In this document: positions 17,377 through 26,557 of the stretch, one piece after another
Layout of the letters: every line of letters begins with the position of its first letter
Numbering within the stretch: position 1 is the stretch's first letter
DNA from: a virus
Direction: 5' to 3' (one strand)
Virus record (IMG/VR): IMGVR_UViG_3300020183_000001
Span: 1-64,000 of that record
DNA: 64,000 bases
The notes under the pieces: generated by a model
Told to the model about the DNA's origin: nothing
The model's database searches: none
What the model saw: only the letters and a program-made list of their open reading frames with translations
Program-made: the position numbers and the translations under genes

Positions 17377-18470
17377 AACGAATAGTTTTCACCAGTGTCA
17401 GGATCTTGTGCAGATGCAAGAGCTTTTACTTCTACATCCACAGCCCTGGACACTGGAAGAATCTCTACTCCCTGCTTGATTCCGTAAGCACCACCAAGTT
17501 TTTCAGCATCTTGTTTTGCATGCTGGTTGATGTAGTCATCAAACATCTCTTGGTACTTCCAAGTTGATTCACGATCTTCATCGGGAATACTGAGGCGATG
17601 CAGTGAACTCATTGCTTCATCTTGAGTGTTGTATTCTGGAATCTCAAAGGATTCAATTGCGCAAATCTCAACGTTGTTGGCACCGCGCATCTCATTAGCA
17701 AGCACTGGTACAAACACTGTGGTTGCATAAAACTTTTCGTTGAATGCAAGCGGCACTTCAGAGTCCAGTGCTTTACTCAAACACTTGGACATCTCACGTT
17801 CGTACATCTTGATCTTATCGCTCGCATCCGTGCCATTAAGTCCCTTCAAGGTAAGAACCATAGGGATCTTGTGTGCACGTTTGTTATCCTGGGTCAGGAT
17901 ATAAACCAGATACTTGGTACGTACACTGTACTTACGACGGTACATCTCACCCTTGCTGTTAGCAAGATCAGATGCAACCTTGTCTGCATCCCAAAGTTCT
18001 TTGACCTCAGGGTTATCAAACGTACCAATCGTTTGCCTCATCCCTGAAGTTTCTTCCACCATAAGCGGGGAACGCAAAAGGATTTGAATTCGAGGCTCAG
18101 TGAAATTGAGTCCCTCTTCAATTGAAGTGTTGGGAGCCATACCGAAAGTTTGCTTGTAGTTCCAAATGACTGAACCTTTAGCAAACTGATCTTCAGTGGC
18201 GTTCCATCCGCAAGTGTCAAGATCTGTGTTCCGCACAAACCAACCTCGTGTCTTGGACTTGTTAAGAGGCTGGATCGTGACGAGGTTTTGATACCCCGAA
18301 ACAAATTCTTTAGATTGAAAAAGCTTGAACGAGTCAAGGCTCCTGGTAGCAAGCGCAGATGTTTTCTTAGTAGTCATAACTTTGGTCGGAAGTTTTTCGG
18401 TAGTAGTTTCTTTGGTGGGTTCTTCAGCAGGGTCAGGTTTTCTTAGTAGGTCAAGGACTGATTCAGTCAT
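17373..18470 (-). CDS. DUF5895-like protein (cyanobacterial/phage family, possibly recombination-related)
   Basis: IQPLN..RGWFV, EEGL..PRI, KYLVYIL..DNKRAHKIPMVLTLKG; adjacent to SSB. Confidence 0.55.
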   Translation of the reverse strand: MTESVLDLLRKPDPAEEPTKETTTEKLPTKVMTTKKTSALATRSLDSFKLFQSKEFVSGYQNLVTIQPLNKSKTRGWFVRNTDLDTCGWNATEDQFAKGSVIWNYKQTFGMAPNTSIEEGLNFTEPRIQILLRSPLMVEETSGMRQTIGTFDNPEVKELWDADKVASDLANSKGEMYRRKYSVRTKYLVYILTQDNKRAHKIPMVLTLKGLNGTDASDKIKMYEREMSKCLSKALDSEVPLAFNEKFYATTVFVPVLANEMRGANNVEICAIESFEIPEYNTQDEAMSSLHRLSIPDEDRESTWKYQEMFDDYINQHAKQDAEKLGGAYGIKQGVEILPVSRAVDVEVKALASAQDPDTGENYSF

Positions 18471-18490
18471 TGGATTGTTGAGTTGGTGGA

Positions 18491-18518
18491 TGGGAAGTTT
18501 AACGTCGTACCCAGGACG
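18491..18518 (-). repeat. family 1 pseudoknot element, copy 2
   Basis: CGTC-CTGGGTAC-GACG-TTAAAC-TTCCCA. Confidence 0.85.
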
Positions 18519-18522
18519 TATC

Positions 18523-18789
18523 TCACTTTAGACCAAGGTCAAGGTTTGGAGCTGGAAGATTAAACTTCCTTAACAGTTCATTGTTGCGGCGTTCTTCCAT
18601 ATCAAAATATTCTTCTGATACAGAAGACATGTGCTCATAAATTGCTTTGTCGTAATGACCGCATCCACGAAGAAAACAAATGAATGAATCAATAATTTCA
18701 CCAACAAACATTGCGTTAACAGTGTTTGTTATTGTGGTGTTATCATCAACATGTTTGAATTCAAAGTGGTTAAACTGTTTTTCAGTCAT
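18523..18789 (-). CDS. hypothetical protein
   Basis: F..FLRGCG.Y motif common in small phage ORFs. Confidence 0.65.
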   Translation of the reverse strand: MTEKQFNHFEFKHVDDNTTITNTVNAMFVGEIIDSFICFLRGCGHYDKAIYEHMSSVSEEYFDMEERRNNELLRKFNLPAPNLDLGLK

Positions 18790-18791
18790 GA

Positions 18792-19607
18792 TCAGAAAGG
18801 AGGTTCTCCATCGTCATCGGTAACTGAAGCCATTGCGTAACCAGGAAGATCAGGAAGGCTGGTACCAGTCTGCGCACCCCAAGGTTCAGCAAGATCTTCA
18901 GCAACCTTTCCACCCCACAGGCTAGCTACTCCTGAGCCAGAAGCAACGGTTGTTTGCGGTTGAATTGGTTTGGCTTCATTGTTTCCTTTAGGTGCCAAGG
19001 TCATTGACACCAACTGAATCTTGGTAGCAACCTTCTTCTCTTTGGTTTCTTTATCTGTCCAGGCATCTGTTACCAGTCTCCCCTGGATCGTAAGCCCCAC
19101 ACCTTTACGTGTAAAGTTAACAAGAAGTTCAGCATAGTTTAACTTATCTTCTGCAGCGTTAATTGCATAGAAGTTAAACAGATCTGATTGATTACGACCT
19201 GTATTAACACCAAGGGTTTGATTACAGATCATCAACCCATCGGCCGTAGTTTTGAATGCACGTGCATCATCTTGATCGATGTCCTTAACACAGCGTCCGC
19301 TGAGAACAACTGTATTGAGGATTGGGAATGATGCGTCAACTTGCGCAACAATTCCTCCATGTAAGGAATACGTTTTCGTATCGAGATCATATCGAAGCTT
19401 GGCGCCGTGAATGTAGATCTGTGCACCGGCTGGAATACGGGCAAATCGTTCAGCAGCTTTACCATAAACATTTAGTTGAATTGGGGTTGGAGCTTTGTTA
19501 CCTACTGGAGGCAACAACACATTACATACGGTTGCAAAAGAGCTTTCGCTAATTGCTTTTTCTTTAGGAGCTTCGGCAGTTTGTGCACAAAGGAATGAAA
19601 GATTCAT
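18792..19607 (-). CDS. ssb: single-stranded DNA-binding protein with tandem OB folds
   Basis: NTVVLSGR, KGVGLTIQGRLVTDAWTDKET; acidic tail DDDGEPPF; N-terminal second OB-like segment VYGKAAE...IYIHG. Confidence 0.8.
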   Translation of the reverse strand: MNLSFLCAQTAEAPKEKAISESSFATVCNVLLPPVGNKAPTPIQLNVYGKAAERFARIPAGAQIYIHGAKLRYDLDTKTYSLHGGIVAQVDASFPILNTVVLSGRCVKDIDQDDARAFKTTADGLMICNQTLGVNTGRNQSDLFNFYAINAAEDKLNYAELLVNFTRKGVGLTIQGRLVTDAWTDKETKEKKVATKIQLVSMTLAPKGNNEAKPIQPQTTVASGSGVASLWGGKVAEDLAEPWGAQTGTSLPDLPGYAMASVTDDDGEPPF

Positions 19608-19628
19608 GAGATCAAACAGTTGGTGGTA

Positions 19629-19655
19629 AGGCAGTTTAACGTCATACCTGGGACG
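19629..19655 (-). repeat. family 1 pseudoknot element, copy 3
   Basis: CGTC-CCAGGTAT-GACG-TTAAAC-TGCCT. Confidence 0.85.
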
Positions 19656-19661
19656 GAACAA

Positions 19662-19808
19662 TTAAAATTCTTTTTTTATCTCATCTAAATACTCTACATA
19701 CTTTTCAAAAAGAGCACCATCATTTCTTAATGATGAATCAAAATGAGAATGAAAAAAGAAAGTTGCAATTTCATGCAGTTGTTTTGCAGTAGCTTTCCAA
19801 TCAGTCAT
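19662..19808 (-). CDS. hypothetical protein (48 aa)
   Basis: Exactly fills the gap after polA. Confidence 0.5.
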   Translation of the reverse strand: MTDWKATAKQLHEIATFFFHSHFDSSLRNDGALFEKYVEYLDEIKKEF

Positions 19809-19809
19809 G

Positions 19810-21675
19810 TCAGTGCGTATCAAACCAGGTGCAGCCTACTTTAGCATCGCCATCGATAGGACAACGGAAGTTAAAGAATTGTTGAGCCTTTGGAAAAGCA
19901 TCCAGTGCTACAGACTTAAGAATGTCTGTTAATTCGGGTTTGCAAGCTAACTGAACTTCATCATGAATCATCGCAGCTTGTTGCCAATCAACACCATGTA
20001 CATAACCAAGTTCATCCATATCTGTATGAATGTTAATAACAACTTGCTTCATAATTAATGCACCTGCTGATTGCAATAAAACATTTAATGCTTTGAAATC
20101 TGATCTACAATAAAGAATACGTTTATCTAAACCACGTAACCAATTGTTTTCTTGTAGTGTTTTTGCAAGATGCTCTTTAAGTTTACGTAGTGCTGGTACA
20201 CCATCCATGAATGAATTAATTGCAGTACTACCTAGTTTGCGCAGAACTACTTCATTTTTTTCATTCGGATCAATAACAGTTCCTGCTTTAAGTGCACCAG
20301 CTCCATAAGCCACAGCATAAAGTAAACGCTTACTTATGTCTCTGGTAGCCACACCAAAACGTTCTTGATTATAAACGTGAATATCAATTGATTCATCTGT
20401 TACTACACGTGCATACTCGCCATCATCCCAGTAAGCAAGGTAACCAGCAAGGCACCTAAGTTCAAGAGCTTTAGCATCTACACCAATTAAGTTCCAACCA
20501 TCTGGTGCATGAAACAAAGATCTACATTCTTTTCCGTAAGGTGAGTATGCTGCTGGTACCTGAGCCATGTTGGGGTTGCGATGACTGCAGCGACCAGTAA
20601 TACATCCGTTTGTTACAACGTCACCATGAATACATCCTGTTTCATTGTTGACTAACTTAAGCCAAGCATTTTTACCATCAGCAATCTGACCAAGACGTTT
20701 CTCAATCAGCATGTACTCAGCTAATGGTTTGGCTTCTGGGTAAGGCAACTGTTCAAGTACGTCATCATCAAGGACAGGGTTTCCTTTTTCAGTTGATTTA
20801 CTTGATTTCCATCCATACTTCTGCTGGAGCCTACTGACAATTTGTTGCCTGGATCCAGGATTAAATTCTTCCAGTCGAACTTTTTCAAATGGAACCCCCT
20901 TTACATAACCACGTGTTTTGTTATTGACCTTTGGTACAAATACTTCTTTGTGTTCAATGGGTGGAAAGATTTCTTTTAAGTGTGTTTCAAGTTCTGTTTC
21001 TTTTGCTCTGAGACTATCCACCAGATCAAGAGCTGCATCCACATCAAAAGAAAAACCTGTTCGCACTTGTGCTTCAATGCATCCAGCAAAGTCATGTTCA
21101 AGTTTGAGTGCAGGTTCTGGATAGTTTTGTTTTTGGATTTTTTCAAATAGTTTTGTGGTAACTGCCACGTCTTGACGGCAGTAGTCTGCCATTGCTTCGG
21201 AGTATTCTGAAAAATCTTTGAAGTCAATCTTGTAATCAGCCAACCGATAACCCCACGCTTTAAGTGAGGCTGAACCACGGAGGCCCTTTGGAACCTCCGT
21301 ATATTGTTCTTCATCAAGGTCATACAGTTTTTCTTTGGGCCAGATGAGTCGAGTACAAATGAGTGTATCAATAATTCGTGCAGCTCTAAACGTATAGAAC
21401 GGATAAAGTTTACGAATTACAGGTAAGTCGTAGAACAGGATGTTATGGCCAATGAGCACATGAGCCCGAGCCAAATGCTCGAGACCACTAGCAATATCAT
21501 CAGGCCCATAAGTAAAAGTTTGTTTTCGCTGGACATCATACAGTACCAAGCAATGTATCTTCGTGACTTTGTCATAAAGATTATCGGTCTCCAAATCGAA
21601 CACGTAATACTTCTCAACCTCTGAACTTGCCTTCAGCGGAAACTTCAAGTTTTTGACAGGCGAGATCTGAGTCAT
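19810..21675 (-). CDS. T7-like family A DNA polymerase with 3'-5' exonuclease
   Basis: VFDLETD, GHNILFYD, YCRQDV, GVDAKALELR, RDISKRLLYAVAYG (Tyr at the T7 Y526-equivalent position), IHDEV. Confidence 0.95.
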   Translation of the reverse strand: MTQISPVKNLKFPLKASSEVEKYYVFDLETDNLYDKVTKIHCLVLYDVQRKQTFTYGPDDIASGLEHLARAHVLIGHNILFYDLPVIRKLYPFYTFRAARIIDTLICTRLIWPKEKLYDLDEEQYTEVPKGLRGSASLKAWGYRLADYKIDFKDFSEYSEAMADYCRQDVAVTTKLFEKIQKQNYPEPALKLEHDFAGCIEAQVRTGFSFDVDAALDLVDSLRAKETELETHLKEIFPPIEHKEVFVPKVNNKTRGYVKGVPFEKVRLEEFNPGSRQQIVSRLQQKYGWKSSKSTEKGNPVLDDDVLEQLPYPEAKPLAEYMLIEKRLGQIADGKNAWLKLVNNETGCIHGDVVTNGCITGRCSHRNPNMAQVPAAYSPYGKECRSLFHAPDGWNLIGVDAKALELRCLAGYLAYWDDGEYARVVTDESIDIHVYNQERFGVATRDISKRLLYAVAYGAGALKAGTVIDPNEKNEVVLRKLGSTAINSFMDGVPALRKLKEHLAKTLQENNWLRGLDKRILYCRSDFKALNVLLQSAGALIMKQVVINIHTDMDELGYVHGVDWQQAAMIHDEVQLACKPELTDILKSVALDAFPKAQQFFNFRCPIDGDAKVGCTWFDTH

Positions 21676-21847
21676 GTTCAATAATCCATTGCAAGATCTG
21701 TGCTGCACCAACGCGATATGGATGGCAAAAAACTTTGGACAGATCCGAATCAGATTCTACAGGAATCAAGACGAACTTGTTCTTATTTGAATCTGCTCGG
21801 ACGCAATAGTTAACACCATCTTTACATGTAGCAATAACGTAAGACAC
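21614..21847 (-). CDS. hypothetical protein
   Basis: ORF upstream of and overlapping polA. Confidence 0.55.
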   Translation of the reverse strand: MSYVIATCKDGVNYCVRADSNKNKFVLIPVESDSDLSKVFCHPYRVGAAQILQWIIEHDSDLACQKLEVSAEGKFRG

Positions 21848-21924
21848 AAAAAGTTCCAGAAGAAAGAACAGTTAAATGATACTGTCCTTCTTCTGGAATG
21901 CAACTATGTCAGCCAATCAGTATT

Positions 21925-22695
21925 TTATTTTTTGTAACCAGTCCATTGACCGTTCTTGCGTCGAGCCGCCAGTGCTTTGGATGCTTCGGATCCAGCACGT
22001 TGAACATTATGTACAAGTAAAGCAAAAGAGCTGGGACCAAAGCAATGACTGTCATCGTGGTCAATTTCCAATCCCATTTGCTCAGCCTGTTCTTCTGTGT
22101 ATACAACATAAGCAACACGATAAAATACTTCTGGATACTTGGGAAGCAGGTAGTCAAGCGTACCACCAACTGATGCAGTCAGATAAAAGTTATCTGGAAT
22201 TACATGACGTAACTCATACCACATACCCAAAGATTTTGTGTAGGCATAAAACTTAACATCAGGATTTTGTCTAGCAACCTGGAGCCATGCACGGAAATAC
22301 AACTCAGTATAAAAATCACCACTCTCATGTACACGTACAAGATCACAAGGTTCACGTACGGGTTGTGCAGCTTGAATTGATTCATGAATAAGTTGAGTTA
22401 ACAATACAAGTTTTTCTTCTGGTCGATCAACAGAATACATTACTTCCTTGATCAGATCCCAGTTACCCCAACGTGAATCACGTACGCCTGGCCTAGTCTC
22501 TGCCATTGCAGCAAAGCAGCGATAGTCTTGCCAGCTAGGACCATTCTCTTGTGGCAGATCAATGATCTTCCCTGTGGTACGATCAGCCATAGTTTTGCAC
22601 ACACCAGCGTGCGGACATGTATAACCAGCAGGCAACGAAAAGATTAATCGTTTACCAAGTTTGGCATTGCCGGTAGAAAAACTAAGTTGTTCCAT
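21925..22695 (-). CDS. Gp88-like protein
   Basis: GNAKL...FSLPAGYTCP..C...CFA, VRVHESGDFY, FYAYTKS. Confidence 0.75.
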   Translation of the reverse strand: MEQLSFSTGNAKLGKRLIFSLPAGYTCPHAGVCKTMADRTTGKIIDLPQENGPSWQDYRCFAAMAETRPGVRDSRWGNWDLIKEVMYSVDRPEEKLVLLTQLIHESIQAAQPVREPCDLVRVHESGDFYTELYFRAWLQVARQNPDVKFYAYTKSLGMWYELRHVIPDNFYLTASVGGTLDYLLPKYPEVFYRVAYVVYTEEQAEQMGLEIDHDDSHCFGPSSFALLVHNVQRAGSEASKALAARRKNGQWTGYKK

Positions 22696-22717
22696 GGTTG
22701 TGTTGAGTTGAGTGAAC

Positions 22718-22744
22718 AAGCAGTTTAATGTCGTGCTCAGGACA
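22718..22744 (-). repeat. family 1 pseudoknot element, copy 4
   Basis: TGTC-CTGAGCAC-GACA-TTAAAC-TGCTT. Confidence 0.85.
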
Positions 22745-22761
22745 AATCAATTGTTTGTAAC

Positions 22762-23388
22762 TTAACTAAATGCAGCCTCACCAATAATTGGAAACTGTTT
22801 ACAAAAAATTTCTTTACACTGTTCTGCAATACGTCTGTGTTCAAGTTGTGTGCTTACATCAGTTCGTATTTGAATGTAATGTAGCCAACTACGTAATGTA
22901 CCTGACATGTGCATAGTTGTTTGTGTACACAAAGGAAGTATGCGCCTGGCACACTCCTTTGCTACACCCGCTTCCAACAACTCTTCATACAGTTGAGTAA
23001 CAGCAAGTAATACTTCTGTTGTTTTATTTTTTAAATTTACTTTAACGACTGGATCAATATTATCAATTGAATTCTGTCTGTTCTTCAAGTCTTGTCTTCT
23101 GTAATCAGGGATTGTAAATGGTTGAGCTTTAGCATAACGAGTTGAATATTCTTGAAATGAAAATGAACGATGCCTAAGTATTTGTGCAGCAATATCACGT
23201 TCTGTGTGAATAGTTAAAGTCATGTGCGCCATTTCAAATGGCGACCAGTGTTTGTGTGTAATTAAATAACGCAACAACTTTGGAGCGGTCACCATATTAG
23301 TTGCGTTATCAGGATTAGAAACCCTGGCTAACTCAACAATAATTTCTTCTGCATTAGGTGTTGCAGATTTAAAAACAACTTGCGTCAT
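22762..23388 (-). CDS. thyX: flavin-dependent thymidylate synthase
   Basis: HWSPFE, QILRHRSFSFQEYSTRY, AKECARRILP, TQLEH. Confidence 0.96.
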   Translation of the reverse strand: MTQVVFKSATPNAEEIIVELARVSNPDNATNMVTAPKLLRYLITHKHWSPFEMAHMTLTIHTERDIAAQILRHRSFSFQEYSTRYAKAQPFTIPDYRRQDLKNRQNSIDNIDPVVKVNLKNKTTEVLLAVTQLYEELLEAGVAKECARRILPLCTQTTMHMSGTLRSWLHYIQIRTDVSTQLEHRRIAEQCKEIFCKQFPIIGEAAFS

Positions 23389-23411
23389 AGTAGTTTGTTT
23401 AGATGATCGGA

Positions 23412-23606
23412 CTAAGAGGCTGAAGGATAGTTAAACAGTTTCTCAATTCGGGCTACTTCGTTTTCGTAAAACTCCATAGCTTCAAACGGGTCCATGTCGT
23501 AGGTAAAAGCCAGCACATCTAGTTTGTCCCTCAGTTCACCAGGCTCTTGTAGTTGCCGAAGAATAAACAGCCGGACTTCGTCTTTGTGGGATTTTTTCAA
23601 AGTCAT
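23412..23606 (-). CDS. hypothetical protein
   Basis: Operonic ORF. Confidence 0.6.
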   Translation of the reverse strand: MTLKKSHKDEVRLFILRQLQEPGELRDKLDVLAFTYDMDPFEAMEFYENEVARIEKLFNYPSAS

Positions 23607-23670
23607 TAGTGGTGTTGATTACTAGGTTTAAGCATTCCTTTCCTCTACTGTGTTGGTTTAAATTGATAGA

Positions 23671-23952
23671 TTATTTTTCAAACTCTTTTTTTAATTCTTC
23701 GTATTCCTTGCGCCGTTTTTCTTCTCGTTTTTTCAACGATTTTATTCGTCTTTCGTATTCTTTGTCGGTCTCCAAACGATGTTTGTAAACGTAATATTCC
23801 ACACCATCGTATCCCCTGTTTTCCATTTCAATTCCTTCCCAACCATCATCTAGCTCTGATTGCAATAAAGAAATAATCTTTTCAAGAGGACCTTGGAAAT
23901 CATCCCAAAATCGTTCGGTTTCTTTAACTTGAATTTTAAAAGAAGTAGTCAT
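23671..23952 (-). CDS. hypothetical protein flanked by 16-bp direct repeats
   Basis: RLETDKEYERR...EYEELKKEFE motif. Confidence 0.7.
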   Translation of the reverse strand: MTTSFKIQVKETERFWDDFQGPLEKIISLLQSELDDGWEGIEMENRGYDGVEYYVYKHRLETDKEYERRIKSLKKREEKRRKEYEELKKEFEK

Positions 23953-23964
23953 TAGTCCTTTCCT

Positions 23965-24279
23965 CTACTGTTCAAGAATGAAGTTCAGTGGCATTGCTGA
24001 GTAGTCCAATTCGCGGGCAATTTGAAGCAGTTCAGGTGCGGCAATCATCCCTTGGCCGTCTTGGCACTGGTTAATCACTTCACGCAAAGCGGCGGCCAGC
24101 ATTTCCTTGTCGCTGACCTCACGGTTGCGCAGATCAGCAAGTGTGCAGTAGGCGTCAAAGATTGCTTCTGTTTTCTCTTCAACCTTTTTGCGGGCAGCCT
24201 TCTGCCACCAACACGGTTCAAGTTTAACGCCAGATACATCAGCGCTGGCTTGGCGCAGGTTATTCATGGGGTCACTCAT
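23965..24279 (-). CDS. hypothetical protein (GC-richer)
   Basis: LAAALRE...LLQIARELD. Confidence 0.6.
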   Translation of the reverse strand: MSDPMNNLRQASADVSGVKLEPCWWQKAARKKVEEKTEAIFDAYCTLADLRNREVSDKEMLAAALREVINQCQDGQGMIAAPELLQIARELDYSAMPLNFILEQ

Positions 24280-24472
24280 CAGAAGAAAACCGCCAGAAAC
24301 TAATCTTGAAAAACGGGAAAGACTTAATAGGAAATACAATCCACGTTTTTTGGCTAGTCAAATCAATCCATCCGGTAAGCCCTCGTGGATTAAGACACCC
24401 TTGGTTGTGCCAGACCAAACCAAATACTTTGCCCCAGTCAGACGTGATCTGGATAGGAAGGTCGTCAGTCAT
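24272..24472 (-). CDS. hypothetical protein
   Basis: Operonic ORF. Confidence 0.5.
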   Translation of the reverse strand: MTDDLPIQITSDWGKVFGLVWHNQGCLNPRGLTGWIDLTSQKTWIVFPIKSFPFFKISFWRFSSDE

Positions 24473-24502
24473 TAGTCGCTTTCTCTTGTGTGTGTAGTTA
24501 AG

Positions 24503-24802
24503 TTATTCAATAGCATTGCGGTAATCCTGGAGCACACCAGCTAGTTCATGTTCGTGGCACAGACGGAACTGTGCATGTGTTGATGATCTGCCGTTGTCCC
24601 AAGCTACATCGTAGTAGGTGTAGGTGTGTTTGCGTGCATCTTTTTTTTCAAATACATTGGTTACAACACCAATGCGTTGAGTTGAATTACGCAACACAAC
24701 AATTGTTTTTTCTGGTCTGATAGTTGGGATGTAATTGTCTTTTGGTTTTTCAGCAACGCGATCACCAACCTTGAATCGAATAATCTTAACGTGTTTAGAC
24801 AT
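24503..24802 (-). CDS. hypothetical SH3-like beta-barrel protein
   Basis: FKVGDRV...GVVT...YYDVAWD. Confidence 0.6.
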   Translation of the reverse strand: MSKHVKIIRFKVGDRVAEKPKDNYIPTIRPEKTIVVLRNSTQRIGVVTNVFEKKDARKHTYTYYDVAWDNGRSSTHAQFRLCHEHELAGVLQDYRNAIE

Positions 24803-25133
24803 GGGTCCAGACTTTGTAGTTAACAATACGTGACACGTGGCCACTGTTGATTCCGTAGATAACAGCAATAGCACGGTTTGATTTGCCTTGACGTTTTAAT
24901 CTACGAATATCAAGGATGTTCTTTTCAATTAATATTGCATTACCATTTTTAACTCCTTGTGTGTCAGGTAGTTTACCACCACGCTTAGGTCCTCGCTGGT
25001 ACTTGAGATACCGTTCAACTGTTAAGAACTTTTTGTTGCAATCAAAGCATTGACAATACCGTTTGGTAAAAGTGTCATAACGATCTGTTGAACTAATTTT
25101 TGTATTAGTGCTGTGACATTTAGGACAACGCAT
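24795..25133 (-). CDS. NrdR-like Zn ribbon fused to an HTH DNA-binding domain
   Basis: MRCPKC...RYCQCFDCNKKFLTVE; C-terminal IAVIYGINSGHVSRIV...WTHV. Confidence 0.7.
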   Translation of the reverse strand: MRCPKCHSTNTKISSTDRYDTFTKRYCQCFDCNKKFLTVERYLKYQRGPKRGGKLPDTQGVKNGNAILIEKNILDIRRLKRQGKSNRAIAVIYGINSGHVSRIVNYKVWTHV

Positions 25134-25294
25134 TAATTCTTTTCAGTAACTAAGTTGTCTACTACTGCAGGTAAGTATTCATCCAACCAATCTTCAACAG
25201 TAAGCTGATCTTCTGCAGCAATAGCAACAAGTTTCCAATAGGTGCTTTCTTTTAAAGAAAGACGTACATCAATAAACTTTTCTCGTTCAGTCAT
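25133..25294 (-). CDS. small ribbon-helix-helix-like protein (53 aa)
   Basis: IDVRLSLKESTYWKLVAIAAEDQLTVEDWL; coupled to both neighbours. Confidence 0.55.
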   Translation of the reverse strand: MTEREKFIDVRLSLKESTYWKLVAIAAEDQLTVEDWLDEYLPAVVDNLVTEKN

Positions 25295-25569
25295 GATTCA
25301 ATTTCAGTAGGAACTTTATTAAGCTGGAGCGAATCTAACACATGTACTGTGGTATCAATACCAACAAAAGAAATAAGATCTTGAATGATCTCATCTTTAT
25401 GTTCGTGATAATACTCAGAGAGTGATAGTTCTGCAAGCTTAAGCAATGTATTGAGATCCATCAAATCTACAATCTGTGCAATAGCTGCATCTCTTACTAG
25501 ATCCCATGTGTGGTCAGGAATGTTGTCGTTGATTTGTTGGATGAGCTGTTGAAGTTCTTCTGGTTGCAT
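25291..25569 (-). CDS. hypothetical protein
   Basis: Operonic ORF. Confidence 0.65.
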   Translation of the reverse strand: MQPEELQQLIQQINDNIPDHTWDLVRDAAIAQIVDLMDLNTLLKLAELSLSEYYHEHKDEIIQDLISFVGIDTTVHVLDSLQLNKVPTEIES

Positions 25570-25579
25570 AAAATAAATA

Positions 25580-25597
25580 CCCCCGTTTGCACGGGGG
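25580..25597 (-). terminator. GC-rich hairpin with GCAA tetraloop and U-rich tail
   Basis: CCCCCGT-GCAA-ACGGGGG followed by TATTTATTTT. Confidence 0.5.
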
Positions 25598-25620
25598 CTG
25601 AGTTGTGTTTCGTAAGTAGT

Positions 25621-25977
25621 TTAAACAGCTTGAGCACTGGTGTCAATGATGTTATCCATCATGCCAGCCTCACGCATCTTATCCAACATTGCGCACATAA
25701 TGGTAGCGTGTTCATGTGTTTTATCCATGAATGCTTTAGCGCGTTCAGGAGTAATGGCATGAACAGTACCATTGGCTTCTACGTATTGCCAGCTACCATC
25801 AGGCATTGGTTCTCCCTGGAGTGCAAGACGCTCTGAGTTGCGTACGTACCTGAACTCAAGATTGTGACAATCAGTAAGACCGTCTACATCAGTCCAGGTC
25901 AAGCCAAGGTTGTAACGCTTGTCCTCATCCATGTAACCATGGGGTTGAGGAATGAGATGTTTGAAGTAGGAAAACAT
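25621..25977 (-). CDS. hypothetical protein
   Basis: ORF following a family 2 element. Confidence 0.7.
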   Translation of the reverse strand: MFSYFKHLIPQPHGYMDEDKRYNLGLTWTDVDGLTDCHNLEFRYVRNSERLALQGEPMPDGSWQYVEANGTVHAITPERAKAFMDKTHEHATIMCAMLDKMREAGMMDNIIDTSAQAV

Positions 25978-26007
25978 GGTGTGAATTGAGTAAATGAACT
26001 ATTAAAC

Positions 26008-26035
26008 CTGGGACTTACACTGTATAGATGCCCAG
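26008..26035 (-). repeat. family 2 structured element, copy 1
   Basis: CTGGG-CAT-[CTATACAG]-TGTAAGT-CCCAG. Confidence 0.8.
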
Positions 26036-26039
26036 TTAG

Positions 26040-26537
26040 TCAAACGTTTTTCCAAGTAACTCCCCTGTGGATAAATTGAATACACATATAAGTAACACCA
26101 TAAACGCCAGCAATTTCTTTATATGCTTGATAACAAGATGGATAAGTAGCCATAAACTTTGGATCGTAAAGCATTGTTTTAATTTCCATAACTTGTGATC
26201 GAGTAAGTTTAGATGTAAATGGTTTTAGGTTTTGATTTCTATTTTTTATATATTTCTTGGGTTCTTCTCTTGGAAGTTTTGTAATCTTTGGTTCAATACG
26301 TTGTTCAATTTGCCGACCATCTTCTGTATAATCAATGCGTACAACAGTAGGTTTACTAACTTTTGGTTTGGTTACAACAGGAGCTTGTTCTACTTTTTTA
26401 ATTACTTTGGTTGTACTGGTTGGCAACTTAATTGATTGCTCAATTCCATTGTCATCAGTAACAGAGATGTGGAAATAGTTATCTGTTTTAAATACAGATA
26501 CTTGTTGTGGCTTGGTGTAAGTAACAATAGGTTGCAT
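26040..26537 (-). CDS. protein with C-terminal HTH domain
   Basis: KLTRSQVMEIK...IAGVYGVTYMCIQFIHRGVTWKNV. Confidence 0.65.
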   Translation of the reverse strand: MQPIVTYTKPQQVSVFKTDNYFHISVTDDNGIEQSIKLPTSTTKVIKKVEQAPVVTKPKVSKPTVVRIDYTEDGRQIEQRIEPKITKLPREEPKKYIKNRNQNLKPFTSKLTRSQVMEIKTMLYDPKFMATYPSCYQAYKEIAGVYGVTYMCIQFIHRGVTWKNV

Positions 26538-26557
26538 GATTTTAATAGCAAATGGAT

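Noticed and set aside
18792-19661. ORF-track N-terminal extensions (ssb, PcfJ-like, Gp88-like, 33504..34046, 26040..26585)
   Set aside because: They run through intergenic RNA elements or the tRNA; downstream ATGs with C/A-rich leaders are more plausible.
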